Positions 1-7,721 are shown, numbered from the stretch's first letter. The stretch: 13,654 bases of DNA from Thermoleophilia bacterium (GCA_041658605.1 JBAZZU010000044.1:1-13654), one strand, 5' to 3'. Program-made: numbers and translations. The notes: a model not told the origin generated them from the sequence alone.

Positions 1-368
1 TTGCCACGGCAAAACCAAAACGCTGGGCTCGCGCTTACTTCAACCGCGGATTGTACCTTTTTGCCCGGGGCGGCGGACGACCGCTTTCCTGCCGGGCCGC
101 AGACGACTTTTTTTTCCTGAGCCCGGAGGGAACCGTTTACGCATGTAATGTGCTGGACCTGCCGCTGGGAAGTCTCCGTGAATCGACATTTGAGGAGATA
201 TGGAACTCAGAGGCGGCAATCGAGGGAAGGAAGCAGGTCCATGCCTGCGGCATGGGATGCTGGATGGTCTGCACGGCACGCTCTTCAATGAAGCGGAACC
301 CGGTCAAAGTCGCAAACTGGGTCGCAACGGGAAAAGCGAAAGTCGCGCTGAAAAAGCCGGTCCTCTGA
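1..368 (+). CDS. C-terminal fragment of a radical SAM / SPASM (or twitch)-domain protein, 5'-truncated by the window edge
   Basis: The frame is open from base 3 to a TGA at 366-368. The translation contains 'EGTVYAC' (resembling the G-x-VYPC motif of SPASM domains) followed by a Cys cluster 'HACGMGCWMVC'. Domain identity is by motif only. Confidence 0.45.
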   Translation, partial: ATAKPKRWARAYFNRGLYLFARGGGRPLSCRAADDFFFLSPEGTVYACNVLDLPLGSLRESTFEEIWNSEAAIEGRKQVHACGMGCWMVCTARSSMKRNPVKVANWVATGKAKVALKKPVL

Positions 369-416
369 TCTCCGGCCTTCGGTTTATTTCGTGAGTCGAT
401 ATTTCATGAGTCATCA

Positions 417-1556
417 ATGAAGATAGCAGTGCTGGGAACCAAGGGCATACCGGCCCGGTTTGGCGGCATAGAACGCCATTGTGAGGAGCTTTATCCCCGG
501 ATTGCCGCACGCGGCCATGAGGTCACTGTATTCGTGCGGCGCTGGTACACGCCGGTCACCGGACCCTACAGGGGCGTCACCCTGAAAGCCGCGCCGACAG
601 CAAATTTCAAGGGTCTGGATGCTTTCGCTCACACCGCCGCCGGTTCATTCGAGGCGATGTTCCAGGGTTTTGACATAGTCCACTTTCATGCCATCGGGCC
701 CTCATTGTTCTCTTTCATGCCTCGCCTGAGCCGTAGCGGTACCGTCGCGACCGTACATGCCCTTGACTGGCAGCGCGCAAAATGGGGCAGGGGCGCACGG
801 GCCGTGCTGAAGGCAGGAGAATGGGCGTCGGCCCACTTTCCCCAGCGCACAATCGTCGTATCCCAGGAGCTGAAAAAATATTTCATGGAAAAGTACGGCC
901 GCGAGACGGTCTATATTCCCAACGGCGTGGTGCCGGTCGAGAAGCCACGCGCCAGAGACCTGATCGGGAAACTGGGTCTTGAACCAGGCAAATATCTCCT
1001 GTTTCTGGGACGCCTCGTGCCGGAAAAGGGCTGTCATGATCTAATTCAGGCATACCTGGGGTCGGGGATTCAGATGCCGCTCGTGATAGCGGGGGGAACC
1101 AGCCATTCTGACGATTACGTGCAAAGGCTGAAAAGCATGGCAGCGGATATATCTGGAGCCGATCAGCAGGGCGATGGCAAAGGGCGGGTCATCTTCACGG
1201 GAAATGTAGAGGGTGAACTGCATCACCAGTTGTCCGGGCATGCGGCGCTTTTTATACTGCCGTCGATGCTGGAAGGACTGCCCATTGTGTTACTGGAAAT
1301 GCTGTCTCTGGGCATACCTGTGCTGGCCAGTGACATCGGGCCGAACCGTGAAGCTTTGCTGGATGGAGAATTCGGCGCCATCTTCAAGGCTGGAGATGTC
1401 GCTGATTTGCGCTCGAAGCTGGTACAATCTCTCAAAAGACTTGAGGAGCTGGGGAAAAAGGCCGATGCCGGCCGCAGGCATGTGAGGAAAGCGAACGATT
1501 GGGACAAGATTGCAGAACAGACTGAAAGAATTTACGAAGAGATTCTGGCAAGCTGA
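417..1556 (+). CDS. GT4-family glycosyltransferase with a DUF1972-like N-terminus (WchF/RgpA-type, possibly a rhamnosyltransferase)
   Basis: The ATG-started 379-aa ORF has the N-terminus 'MKIAVLGTKGIPARFGGIERHCEEL', which matches the conserved start of DUF1972-containing GT4 enzymes. A C-terminal glycos_transf_1-like region carries 'GLPIVLLEMLSLGIPVLASDIG' (equivalent to the E-x7-E region). It lies adjacent to rml genes. Confidence 0.8.
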   Translation: MKIAVLGTKGIPARFGGIERHCEELYPRIAARGHEVTVFVRRWYTPVTGPYRGVTLKAAPTANFKGLDAFAHTAAGSFEAMFQGFDIVHFHAIGPSLFSFMPRLSRSGTVATVHALDWQRAKWGRGARAVLKAGEWASAHFPQRTIVVSQELKKYFMEKYGRETVYIPNGVVPVEKPRARDLIGKLGLEPGKYLLFLGRLVPEKGCHDLIQAYLGSGIQMPLVIAGGTSHSDDYVQRLKSMAADISGADQQGDGKGRVIFTGNVEGELHHQLSGHAALFILPSMLEGLPIVLLEMLSLGIPVLASDIGPNREALLDGEFGAIFKAGDVADLRSKLVQSLKRLEELGKKADAGRRHVRKANDWDKIAEQTERIYEEILAS

Positions 1557-3951
1557 ATCGTCAGCATTAAACGCGATATCTCCCGTAACCACGCCCGACG
1601 CGGCGCTTCTGGCAACAGTGGCCGCGGGGGAGGTCGAAGGCTCCGTGCTATGGGCGAAGAAGAAGAAACGCAAGCCCGCAGCCGCGCCGCCAAAGTCGCC
1701 TGCGAAATCTCCCGCGAAGAAGAAGGTACGCCACAAGCAGATTCCCGGAGAGGCACGAAAGCAAAAAAAGCCAACCTTTTCCAAAAGGGCTGACAAGTAT
1801 TTCGACGGCTGGAGCGCGAAGCTCTCCGGTGAGGCGTTATCGGGCACCGACTGGGCGAGGCTAGCGGTCCTGGCTGCGGGTCTGCTGGTGATCATCTTCT
1901 ACGGATTCAGCGCCGGGGGTTATTTCCCGATCCGGCGCAGCTATGGCGAACTCTGGGTTCTCTATCTGGTCGTTCTCGGCCTGCTGTTCAACTGGCAGGT
2001 TCCAGGCAGGATGTCCCGCCTGGGAATGGCGGAGGTCGGGGTTTTCAGCGCTTATTCGCTCTGGATCCTTTTATCCGTGACCTGGTCATACACCCCCGCC
2101 GAAAGCTACAGCGAGTTCCTGCGAGCCATTCTCTACCTGTCGGGTTTCCTGCTTTTTTACCTATATATGGCGCGGCGCGAGTGGCTGACCCTGTTGGGAC
2201 ACGTGTTCGTGACGATAGTGGCGATTGTGGCGCTTTCATCTCTGATGGGAAAGATCTTCCCCGATCAGAAGCCGTATGACTTCGACGCCAGGCTGAGCAA
2301 CCCGATAACTTACTGGAACACCATGGCCCTGTTCGCGGTGATGGCTTTCCCGATCGGGCTGAGGGTGCTGACGGAGAAAGCAACAAATTTGCTGACCCGC
2401 TGCCTGTACGCCTCGGCTCTGTTTCTCTTCCTGATCGTCATGTACTTCACTTTTTCCCGCGCATCCTATCCGCTTTTTGTGATTGTCATCGCCGTATATA
2501 TCCTGCTCTCGGTAAACCGTCTGCGTTCCCTGCTCCAGACCTGTATCACGCTTTTCTGGGCCGCGGTGACAATAGGTATCTGTTATCTGTGGCTGCCCGG
2601 GATGCTCAAGCTGTCTCCTGATCTTGATGAGCGAGTAGGCCAGGGGCACAATCTGGGTATTGTCATGCTGGTGGTGCTCCTGCTGGTGCTGGCGTCGCAG
2701 TTCTTGCTGCAAAGGCTTGAGAAACGTGTCGTTATCACAGTCGAACAAGCCGCAAAGATCGGTCGCGGACTGGCTGTGGCAGGGCTTGTCGCCGTCATCC
2801 TCACGAGCGGACTTTATATCGCTAAATATGGGAACCCGATTTCCAAGATCAGCGCGCAGATAGGAACTTCCGAAGCGAAGAGGACCGAGGCCGCGCAGAC
2901 GGCGGAAGAAAGGCTGTTCAGCCTCCAGTCCGAAAGATTCCAGGAATACAAGGTCAGCCTCGATACTTTTTCGGCTCATCCGATTACCGGCACCGGTGCG
3001 GCTACCTGGTCGGTCAGCTGGATGCAGAACCGTCCCGGCTTTACCGACGCGTCCGGCAAGATATATGACATGCCCGTAAAGAACGGCCACTCGATATTTT
3101 TTGATGCTCTCGCGGAGCTGGGCATCGCCGGCATCGGGCTGCTGGTCGCCTTCTTTACCCTGTTCATTGTGATAGCCGTAAGGGACCTGCGTTTTCTGGG
3201 ACACACCAGGCAACGTGAGATCTACGGAGCTTTTTTCGCGGCCTGTCTGGCGCTGGTAATACATGCACAGTTTGACTGGGACTGGCAGATGCCGGTGGTC
3301 TTTCTGTCGTTCGCCATGTTCGCGGGAGCGCTGCTGCGGTACGGGATGCTGTCCCGGGCTGAGGCGGCGGTGGAAGGTGAAGCACGGGTCAGCAATGAGA
3401 ATTCCGCACGGGGTTTTATCCTGGGCAGACCATCGGTCCTGAGATGGGTCGGCGGTGGCTTGTGCCTTGTCGCCATGGTGCTGGTTATCCTCTTCCTTTT
3501 TTCAGAGACCCGCATAGAGAGTGCCAACGAGCAGACCAGGACGATCGCCGTTCTGGCACAGCAGGGTAACATGACGCTGCTCGGCGGCAAGTATATCGAG
3601 ATGGAAAAGACGGCGAAGTCAGCCAGGAGTTATGACATCTGGAAGGTCGAGACCGAGCCGATCATTCTGCAGGCGATCGCCGTCCAGGGCCAGGGCAAGG
3701 TAGACGAAGCCGAGGCGCTGCTTCTCAAGGCCAGCGAGATCGAGCCCAACAACTACAAGATATACCTGAACCTGTCACGCCTTTATGTGAGCATGAAGAA
3801 TGTTGACAGGGCGGTAGAGACTATCAAGCAGGCCAGAAGGCTGAATCCGCTGGAGTCCAAGGAGATCGGGCCGCAGGAAGAGCAGGTCCGGGCTATTGGC
3901 GGGGCTATATACTACAGGTACGGGCCGGACGGCGTACTGATCGTCGATTAA
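1510..3951 (+). CDS. O-antigen ligase / Wzy_C-domain polytopic membrane protein with a Lys/Pro/Ala-rich N-terminal tail and C-terminal TPR repeats; start codon uncertain (alternative GTG at 1645 with GGAGG/GAAGG upstream)
   Basis: The 813-aa ORF has many hydrophobic segments. The periplasmic-loop motifs 'RLSNPITYWNTMALF' and 'NGHSIFFDALAELGIAGIGLL' are typical of the Wzy_C/O-antigen ligase family. The C-terminal 'KIYLNLSRLYVSMKNVDRAVETIKQARRLNP' is TPR-like. The annotated ATG overlaps the upstream gene by 47 nt, which argues for a later start. Confidence 0.7.
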   Translation: MQNRLKEFTKRFWQAESSALNAISPVTTPDAALLATVAAGEVEGSVLWAKKKKRKPAAAPPKSPAKSPAKKKVRHKQIPGEARKQKKPTFSKRADKYFDGWSAKLSGEALSGTDWARLAVLAAGLLVIIFYGFSAGGYFPIRRSYGELWVLYLVVLGLLFNWQVPGRMSRLGMAEVGVFSAYSLWILLSVTWSYTPAESYSEFLRAILYLSGFLLFYLYMARREWLTLLGHVFVTIVAIVALSSLMGKIFPDQKPYDFDARLSNPITYWNTMALFAVMAFPIGLRVLTEKATNLLTRCLYASALFLFLIVMYFTFSRASYPLFVIVIAVYILLSVNRLRSLLQTCITLFWAAVTIGICYLWLPGMLKLSPDLDERVGQGHNLGIVMLVVLLLVLASQFLLQRLEKRVVITVEQAAKIGRGLAVAGLVAVILTSGLYIAKYGNPISKISAQIGTSEAKRTEAAQTAEERLFSLQSERFQEYKVSLDTFSAHPITGTGAATWSVSWMQNRPGFTDASGKIYDMPVKNGHSIFFDALAELGIAGIGLLVAFFTLFIVIAVRDLRFLGHTRQREIYGAFFAACLALVIHAQFDWDWQMPVVFLSFAMFAGALLRYGMLSRAEAAVEGEARVSNENSARGFILGRPSVLRWVGGGLCLVAMVLVILFLFSETRIESANEQTRTIAVLAQQGNMTLLGGKYIEMEKTAKSARSYDIWKVETEPIILQAIAVQGQGKVDEAEALLLKASEIEPNNYKIYLNLSRLYVSMKNVDRAVETIKQARRLNPLESKEIGPQEEQVRAIGGAIYYRYGPDGVLIVD

Positions 3952-3974
3952 GGTAAGCGATACCGGGTGGAGTT

Positions 3975-4973
3975 CTACTTCTTCTCGTACATGTCCCGGT
4001 AATATTCCTCAAACTCGCCGCTCTTTATCTTCTCCCACCACCAGCGGTTATTGACGTACCAGTCCACGGTCTCCTTCAGGGCTTCATCGAAATCGTATTT
4101 CGGTTTCCACCCCAGGGCGCGGACCTTGCTGCAGTCGATCGAATACCGCAGATCGTGGCCGAGCCGGTCGGCTACCTGCCTGACCAGAGACTCCGGCTTG
4201 CCGAGGATCTCCAGGATCTTCTTCGTTATATTGATGTTGTCCCGTTCGTTGCCGCCGCCGATGTTGTAGACCTGTCCTACCTCACCCTGATGCAGGACGA
4301 TGTCGATAGCGTCGCAATTGTCGGTCACGTATATCCAGTCACGTACGTTGGTACCGGCTCCGTACAGGGGCAGGTCGAGGTTTTCCATGGCATTGGTCGC
4401 AAACAGCGGTATTAATTTCTCCGGGTACTGGTAGGGGCCGAAGTTGTTAGAGCTGCGGGTGATAAGCGTAGGCAGGCCGAAAGTCGTGTGATAGGCCATG
4501 ACCTGCATGTCGCCCCCGGCCTTGCTGGCCGAGTAGGGGCTGCTGGGTTCGAGTATGTCGGTCTCAGTGAAGGACCCCTCGTTGATGCTTCCATAGACTT
4601 CATCGGTGCTTATCTGCAGGTAGCGGCCGACGCCATGCTGGCGGGCGGCCTCCAGCAGCACATAAGTGCCGAAAACATCCGTATGGATGAAGTCGCCGGG
4701 GCCGCCGATGGAACGGTCTACATGCGACTCGGCGGCGAAGTTTACCACCGCGTCGACCTTGTCCATCACCTTGTCGACCACGTCCTCGTCGCAGATGTCG
4801 CCCTGCACGAAGCGGTAGTTGGGGTTGGGTTCGATATCCTTGAGGTTGTCGAGGTTTCCCGCGTAGGTCAGCTTATCGAGGTTGATCACCTTGTAATCAG
4901 GATGCTTGCTGAAAATCAGGCGTATGAAATTGCTTCCTATAAAGCCGGCGCCCCCGGTTACAAGTATCTTCAA
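3975..4973 (-). CDS. rmlB: dTDP-glucose 4,6-dehydratase (RmlB/RfbB), TTG start
   Basis: The 332-aa translation starts '(M)KILVTGGAGFIGSNF' (Rossmann GxxGxxG) and contains the catalytic 'YSASKAG' (YxxxK) motif of the extended SDR family. A GGAGG lies 7 nt upstream of the TTG at 4973-4971. Confidence 0.9.
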   Translation of the reverse strand: MKILVTGGAGFIGSNFIRLIFSKHPDYKVINLDKLTYAGNLDNLKDIEPNPNYRFVQGDICDEDVVDKVMDKVDAVVNFAAESHVDRSIGGPGDFIHTDVFGTYVLLEAARQHGVGRYLQISTDEVYGSINEGSFTETDILEPSSPYSASKAGGDMQVMAYHTTFGLPTLITRSSNNFGPYQYPEKLIPLFATNAMENLDLPLYGAGTNVRDWIYVTDNCDAIDIVLHQGEVGQVYNIGGGNERDNINITKKILEILGKPESLVRQVADRLGHDLRYSIDCSKVRALGWKPKYDFDEALKETVDWYVNNRWWWEKIKSGEFEEYYRDMYEKK

Positions 4974-4999
4974 GGTAAGTCCTCCATCAATAAGTTATC

Positions 5000-5108
5000 T
5001 GTCTTACAAACTCTTGCCTGTCATCCTGAGCTAGCCTGCCATCCCGAGTTAGCCTGACACCCCGACCTTGTCTGTCATCCTGAGCGAAGCGAAGGATCTG
5101 CTTCTCTC
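5000..5108. repeat. Intergenic repeat element A (rmlD-rmlB spacer). It has about five tandem 18-nt units (period starts 5000/5018/5036/5054/5072; CTGTCATCCTGAGCNNNN, degenerate). It ends in the terminal motif GTCATCCTGAGCGAAGCGAAGGATCT and a hairpin (5082-5108).
   Basis: Direct reading gives the units ctgtcttacaaactcttg, ctgtcatcctgagctagc, ctgccatcccgagttagc, ctgacaccccgaccttgt and ctgtcatcctgagcgaag. The terminal motif is shared with the elements at 6505-6545 (inverted) and 7722-7883. Confidence 0.7.
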
Positions 5109-6020
5109 TTAATTATCATCATCCTTCAGCTCGCCCAGCGCCGTCAGACATTCTACCAGCCCGTCGTGCCAGTCGGGCATGATGATCTCGGGAGCACGCG
5201 TATTGGCGAGCACCGAGAAGGCCGGCCTTGGGGCCGGGGCGCCGAATTCGGCGGTCGTCGTCGGCTGCAGGTCGATATCCACGCCTGCCAGCCTGAAGAT
5301 CTCGGCGGCGAAATCGTACCACGTGCACTGGCCGCTGTTGGTCATATGGTAGATGCCGGGCTGGTCCAGCCGGGTTTCGACCAGTTGCCTGATAGCGATC
5401 GCCAGATGCCCCGCGTAGGTCGGTGAGCCATACTGGTCGTTCACGACTTTCAGCTGGTCGCGCTCACGTCCGAGCTTCAGCATGGTCTTTACAAAATTGG
5501 CCCCGTGGTCGCCGAAAAGCCAGGCTGTGCGCACGATCATGCATCGATCCGGCAACGCCATGAGGACCTGCTCCTCGCCCGCCAGCTTGCTGCGGCCATA
5601 CTCCCCAAGCGGCGCCACCGGATCTTTTTCGGTGTAGGCCTCTCCTTTGGTTCCGTCAAAGACATAGTCCGTGCTGATGTGGATCATTGACGCCGGCGCC
5701 TTGCCTAACAAGCCGTAATCCTCAGCGTCAAGTCCCGCACAGGCCCGGGCGATATTGCCGGCGCCCGTGGCGTTCACGGCATATGCCGCATCCTTGTTGG
5801 TCTCGCAGCCGTCGACATTCGTGAATGCTGCTGAGTTTATAACAAGCTCAGGCTTCACATCCACGATGAGCGAGTTGACCGCGGCGGGATCGGTTATGTC
5901 GATCGCCCCTCCCACATCCGTGCCGGGCATATCCGCACCGATCACTTCGTGGTCTGGCGATAAGGTCTTAAGAAGATCATGGCCGAGCTGCCCGGCCGCG
6001 CCTATGACAAGGATTCTCAA
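5109..6020 (-). CDS. rmlD: dTDP-4-dehydrorhamnose reductase (RmlD), TTG start at 6020
   Basis: From the TTG the protein reads '(M)RILVIGAAGQLGHDL...', the canonical RmlD N-terminus, and is about 303 aa. The six-frame ORF extends further upstream only by reading through the rmlC 3' end in another frame, and no in-frame ATG/GTG is available there. Confidence 0.82.
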   Translation of the reverse strand: MRILVIGAAGQLGHDLLKTLSPDHEVIGADMPGTDVGGAIDITDPAAVNSLIVDVKPELVINSAAFTNVDGCETNKDAAYAVNATGAGNIARACAGLDAEDYGLLGKAPASMIHISTDYVFDGTKGEAYTEKDPVAPLGEYGRSKLAGEEQVLMALPDRCMIVRTAWLFGDHGANFVKTMLKLGRERDQLKVVNDQYGSPTYAGHLAIAIRQLVETRLDQPGIYHMTNSGQCTWYDFAAEIFRLAGVDIDLQPTTTAEFGAPAPRPAFSVLANTRAPEIIMPDWHDGLVECLTALGELKDDDN

Positions 6021-6027
6021 AGGTACA

Positions 6028-6483
6028 TCATCCCATCTGGATATCCCAGTCGTACGGGATCTCGTCGGTGTCGAAGGGCAGACGGTACTCGTCGGGGTTC
6101 TTGTAGTCGTAGGTCTCGGTCGAGACATTGACCACGATTCCTTCACGTTCGCTGATGCATTTCCAGCCGTGATAGACGCCCGGTGGTATCTGCAGCAGTT
6201 TGGCGTTGTAGTCACCCAGGAAAAACTCGTTGACCTCGCCCTTCGTGGCAGAGCCCTCGCGCGTGTCATAGAGCACTACCTTGAACATGCCGGTGATGAC
6301 GACGAAGTTGTCGGTCTGTATCTTGTGAAAATGCCAGGCTTTTACCACGCCTGGATAAGTCGTGGTCATGTAACACTGCCCAAACTTGATGAACAGGTCG
6401 TCGTCGGCGCGCAGCATCTCGGTCAAACGGCCGCGTTCGTCGGGCATGACCTTAAGGTCCTTGGTCTTTACTCCCTCAATCAT
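6028..6483 (-). CDS. rmlC: dTDP-4-dehydrorhamnose 3,5-epimerase (short cupin-type RmlC)
   Basis: The 151-aa cupin-like translation contains 'HFHK', 'GVYHGW' and 'VNVSTETYD', characteristic of the RmlC family. It sits between rmlA and rmlD. A strong GGAGG lies 4 nt before the ATG, and its stop is 7 nt before the rmlD start. Confidence 0.72.
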   Translation of the reverse strand: MIEGVKTKDLKVMPDERGRLTEMLRADDDLFIKFGQCYMTTTYPGVVKAWHFHKIQTDNFVVITGMFKVVLYDTREGSATKGEVNEFFLGDYNAKLLQIPPGVYHGWKCISEREGIVVNVSTETYDYKNPDEYRLPFDTDEIPYDWDIQMG

Positions 6484-6504
6484 TCATCCTCCCATGTTTT
6501 AAAA

Positions 6505-6545
6505 AGATCCTTCGCTTCGCTCAGGATGACAGTAATCTGTCATTC
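6505..6545. repeat. Intergenic repeat element B (rmlA-rmlC spacer): a single inverted copy of the terminal motif (plus strand agatccttcgcttcgctcaggatgac), followed by a partial GTCAT unit
   Basis: The reverse complement of 6505-6530 equals GTCATCCTGAGCGAAGCGAAGGATCT, the same motif as at 5074-5099. Confidence 0.65.
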
Positions 6546-6563
6546 ATGGTGATTTGATACTCT

Positions 6564-7631
6564 TTAAACTATCCCGATCCACGAATTGTCCCCGACCATG
6601 AACCGGTAGGCTTTCGGTTTAGTGTCCAGCCTGACGATCTCCACGTTCTTTCCGATGAGGCTGCCTTCCATCCGGCCGCGCAGGTCCAGGACCTTGCTTT
6701 GCTCCAGTATGATCGAGTGCTCGATCTCCGAATTGCGGATCTCCGCGTCGCTGTATATGGAAGTATAGGGACCGATGTAGCAATCGTGTACGACGGTCCG
6801 CTCTCCGATTATAACCGGGCCCCTGATGGTGCAATTATTGATTTTCGCGCCTTCCTCGATGATCACGCGGCCATGAATCTTTGAGTTTACCACCTCGCCG
6901 CGGATGTCCCCATCAAGGGCATCAAGAATGAGGCGGTTAGCCTCCAGCATGTCCTCGAGCTTGCCGGTGTCCTTCCACCAGCCCTGTACCACGTGTGGTT
7001 CCACACGCTTGCCTTGATCGATAAGACACTGGATAGCGTCTGTTATCTCCAGCTCGCCGCGCGGTGATGGTTTGATCGCTTTCGTGCATTTGTGTATCGC
7101 CGGCGTGAACATGTAGATTCCCACCAGCGCCAGGTTGCTCTTTGGTTTTTCCGGTTTCTCTACGAGCCTGACAACCTGTCCGTCCTCGACTTCCGCCACG
7201 CCGTAAGCTTCCGGATTGGGAACTTCCTGCAGCAGGATAAGCGCATCGGGAGTGTTCTTGACGAATGAATCCACCAGGTCGCTGATGCCATCGCGAAGAA
7301 GGTTGTCGCCCAGGTACATGACGAAGCTTGAATCACCCAGGAACTCCTCTGCGGTTAGTACTGCATGTGCCAGGCCCAGAGGCGCCTCCTGGGGGATGTA
7401 GGTGATCGTCACGCCCCAGCGTTCACCATTGCCGACAGCATCCTCGATCTCCGCGGCAGTATCGCCGACGACTATGCCGATGTCGGTGATTCCCGCGTCC
7501 CTGAGCGATTCAATGCCGTAAAAAAGAACAGGCTTGTTCGCCACGGGAACCAGCTGTTTGGCGCTGGTGTGGGTAATCGGCCGCAGGCGGCTTCCAGTGC
7601 CGCCACTAAGGATGAGTCCTTTAAGATTCAC
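6564..7631 (-). CDS. rmlA: Glucose-1-phosphate thymidylyltransferase, long form (~355 aa with a C-terminal left-handed beta-helix), GTG start
   Basis: The N-terminus '(M)NLKGLILSGGTGSRLRPITHTSAKQLVPVANKPVLFYGIE' is the nucleotidyltransferase signature G-x-G-T-R-L-x-P-x-T. The C-terminal third is rich in hexapeptide-like repeats. The start is the GTG at 7631-7629. Confidence 0.88.
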   Translation of the reverse strand: MNLKGLILSGGTGSRLRPITHTSAKQLVPVANKPVLFYGIESLRDAGITDIGIVVGDTAAEIEDAVGNGERWGVTITYIPQEAPLGLAHAVLTAEEFLGDSSFVMYLGDNLLRDGISDLVDSFVKNTPDALILLQEVPNPEAYGVAEVEDGQVVRLVEKPEKPKSNLALVGIYMFTPAIHKCTKAIKPSPRGELEITDAIQCLIDQGKRVEPHVVQGWWKDTGKLEDMLEANRLILDALDGDIRGEVVNSKIHGRVIIEEGAKINNCTIRGPVIIGERTVVHDCYIGPYTSIYSDAEIRNSEIEHSIILEQSKVLDLRGRMEGSLIGKNVEIVRLDTKPKAYRFMVGDNSWIGIV

Positions 7632-7638
7632 GCTGGAA

Positions 7639-7647
7639 AGTATATCA
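7639..7647 (-). promoter_or_regulatory. Candidate extended -10 promoter (TGaTATACT) for rmlA, positioned so that the TSS would fall at or next to the GTG start codon (a leaderless transcript)
   Basis: The minus-strand sequence ...TGATATACTttccagcGTG has only 7 nt between the -10 hexamer and the start codon. No Shine-Dalgarno sequence precedes the GTG, whereas rmlC and rmlB have GGAGG. Confidence 0.3.
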
Positions 7648-7721
7648 AAATTTGGTCAGATTGCGCTCTATTATCGTTCCGGGGCCGAAACAAAGTACTT
7701 ATCGCAGGGAGCGCGATGCAA

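Noticed and set aside
2236-3264. 342-aa minus-strand ORF inside the Wzy_C/TPR gene
   Set aside because: It is antisense to a well-supported membrane-protein gene. Its translation is Arg/Gln/His-rich low-complexity with no start context. It is a typical GC-rich shadow ORF.
4488-5057. 189-aa plus-strand ORF antisense to rmlB, running into the repeat element
   Set aside because: It is antisense to rmlB, and its C-terminus is a translation of the 18-nt tandem repeats (LACHPELACHPELA). It is an artefact.
6021-6269. N-terminal 83-codon extension of rmlD in the six-frame track (ORF 5109..6269)
   Set aside because: The extension is Thr/Pro/Arg-rich, overlaps the 3' half of rmlC in another frame, and contains no ATG/GTG. 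The RmlD-like sequence begins exactly at the TTG at 6020 ((M)RILVIGAAGQLG).
5755-6552. 265-aa plus-strand ORF spanning rmlD/rmlC antisense
   Set aside because: It overlaps two strongly supported rml genes on the opposite strand and has no recognisable motifs.
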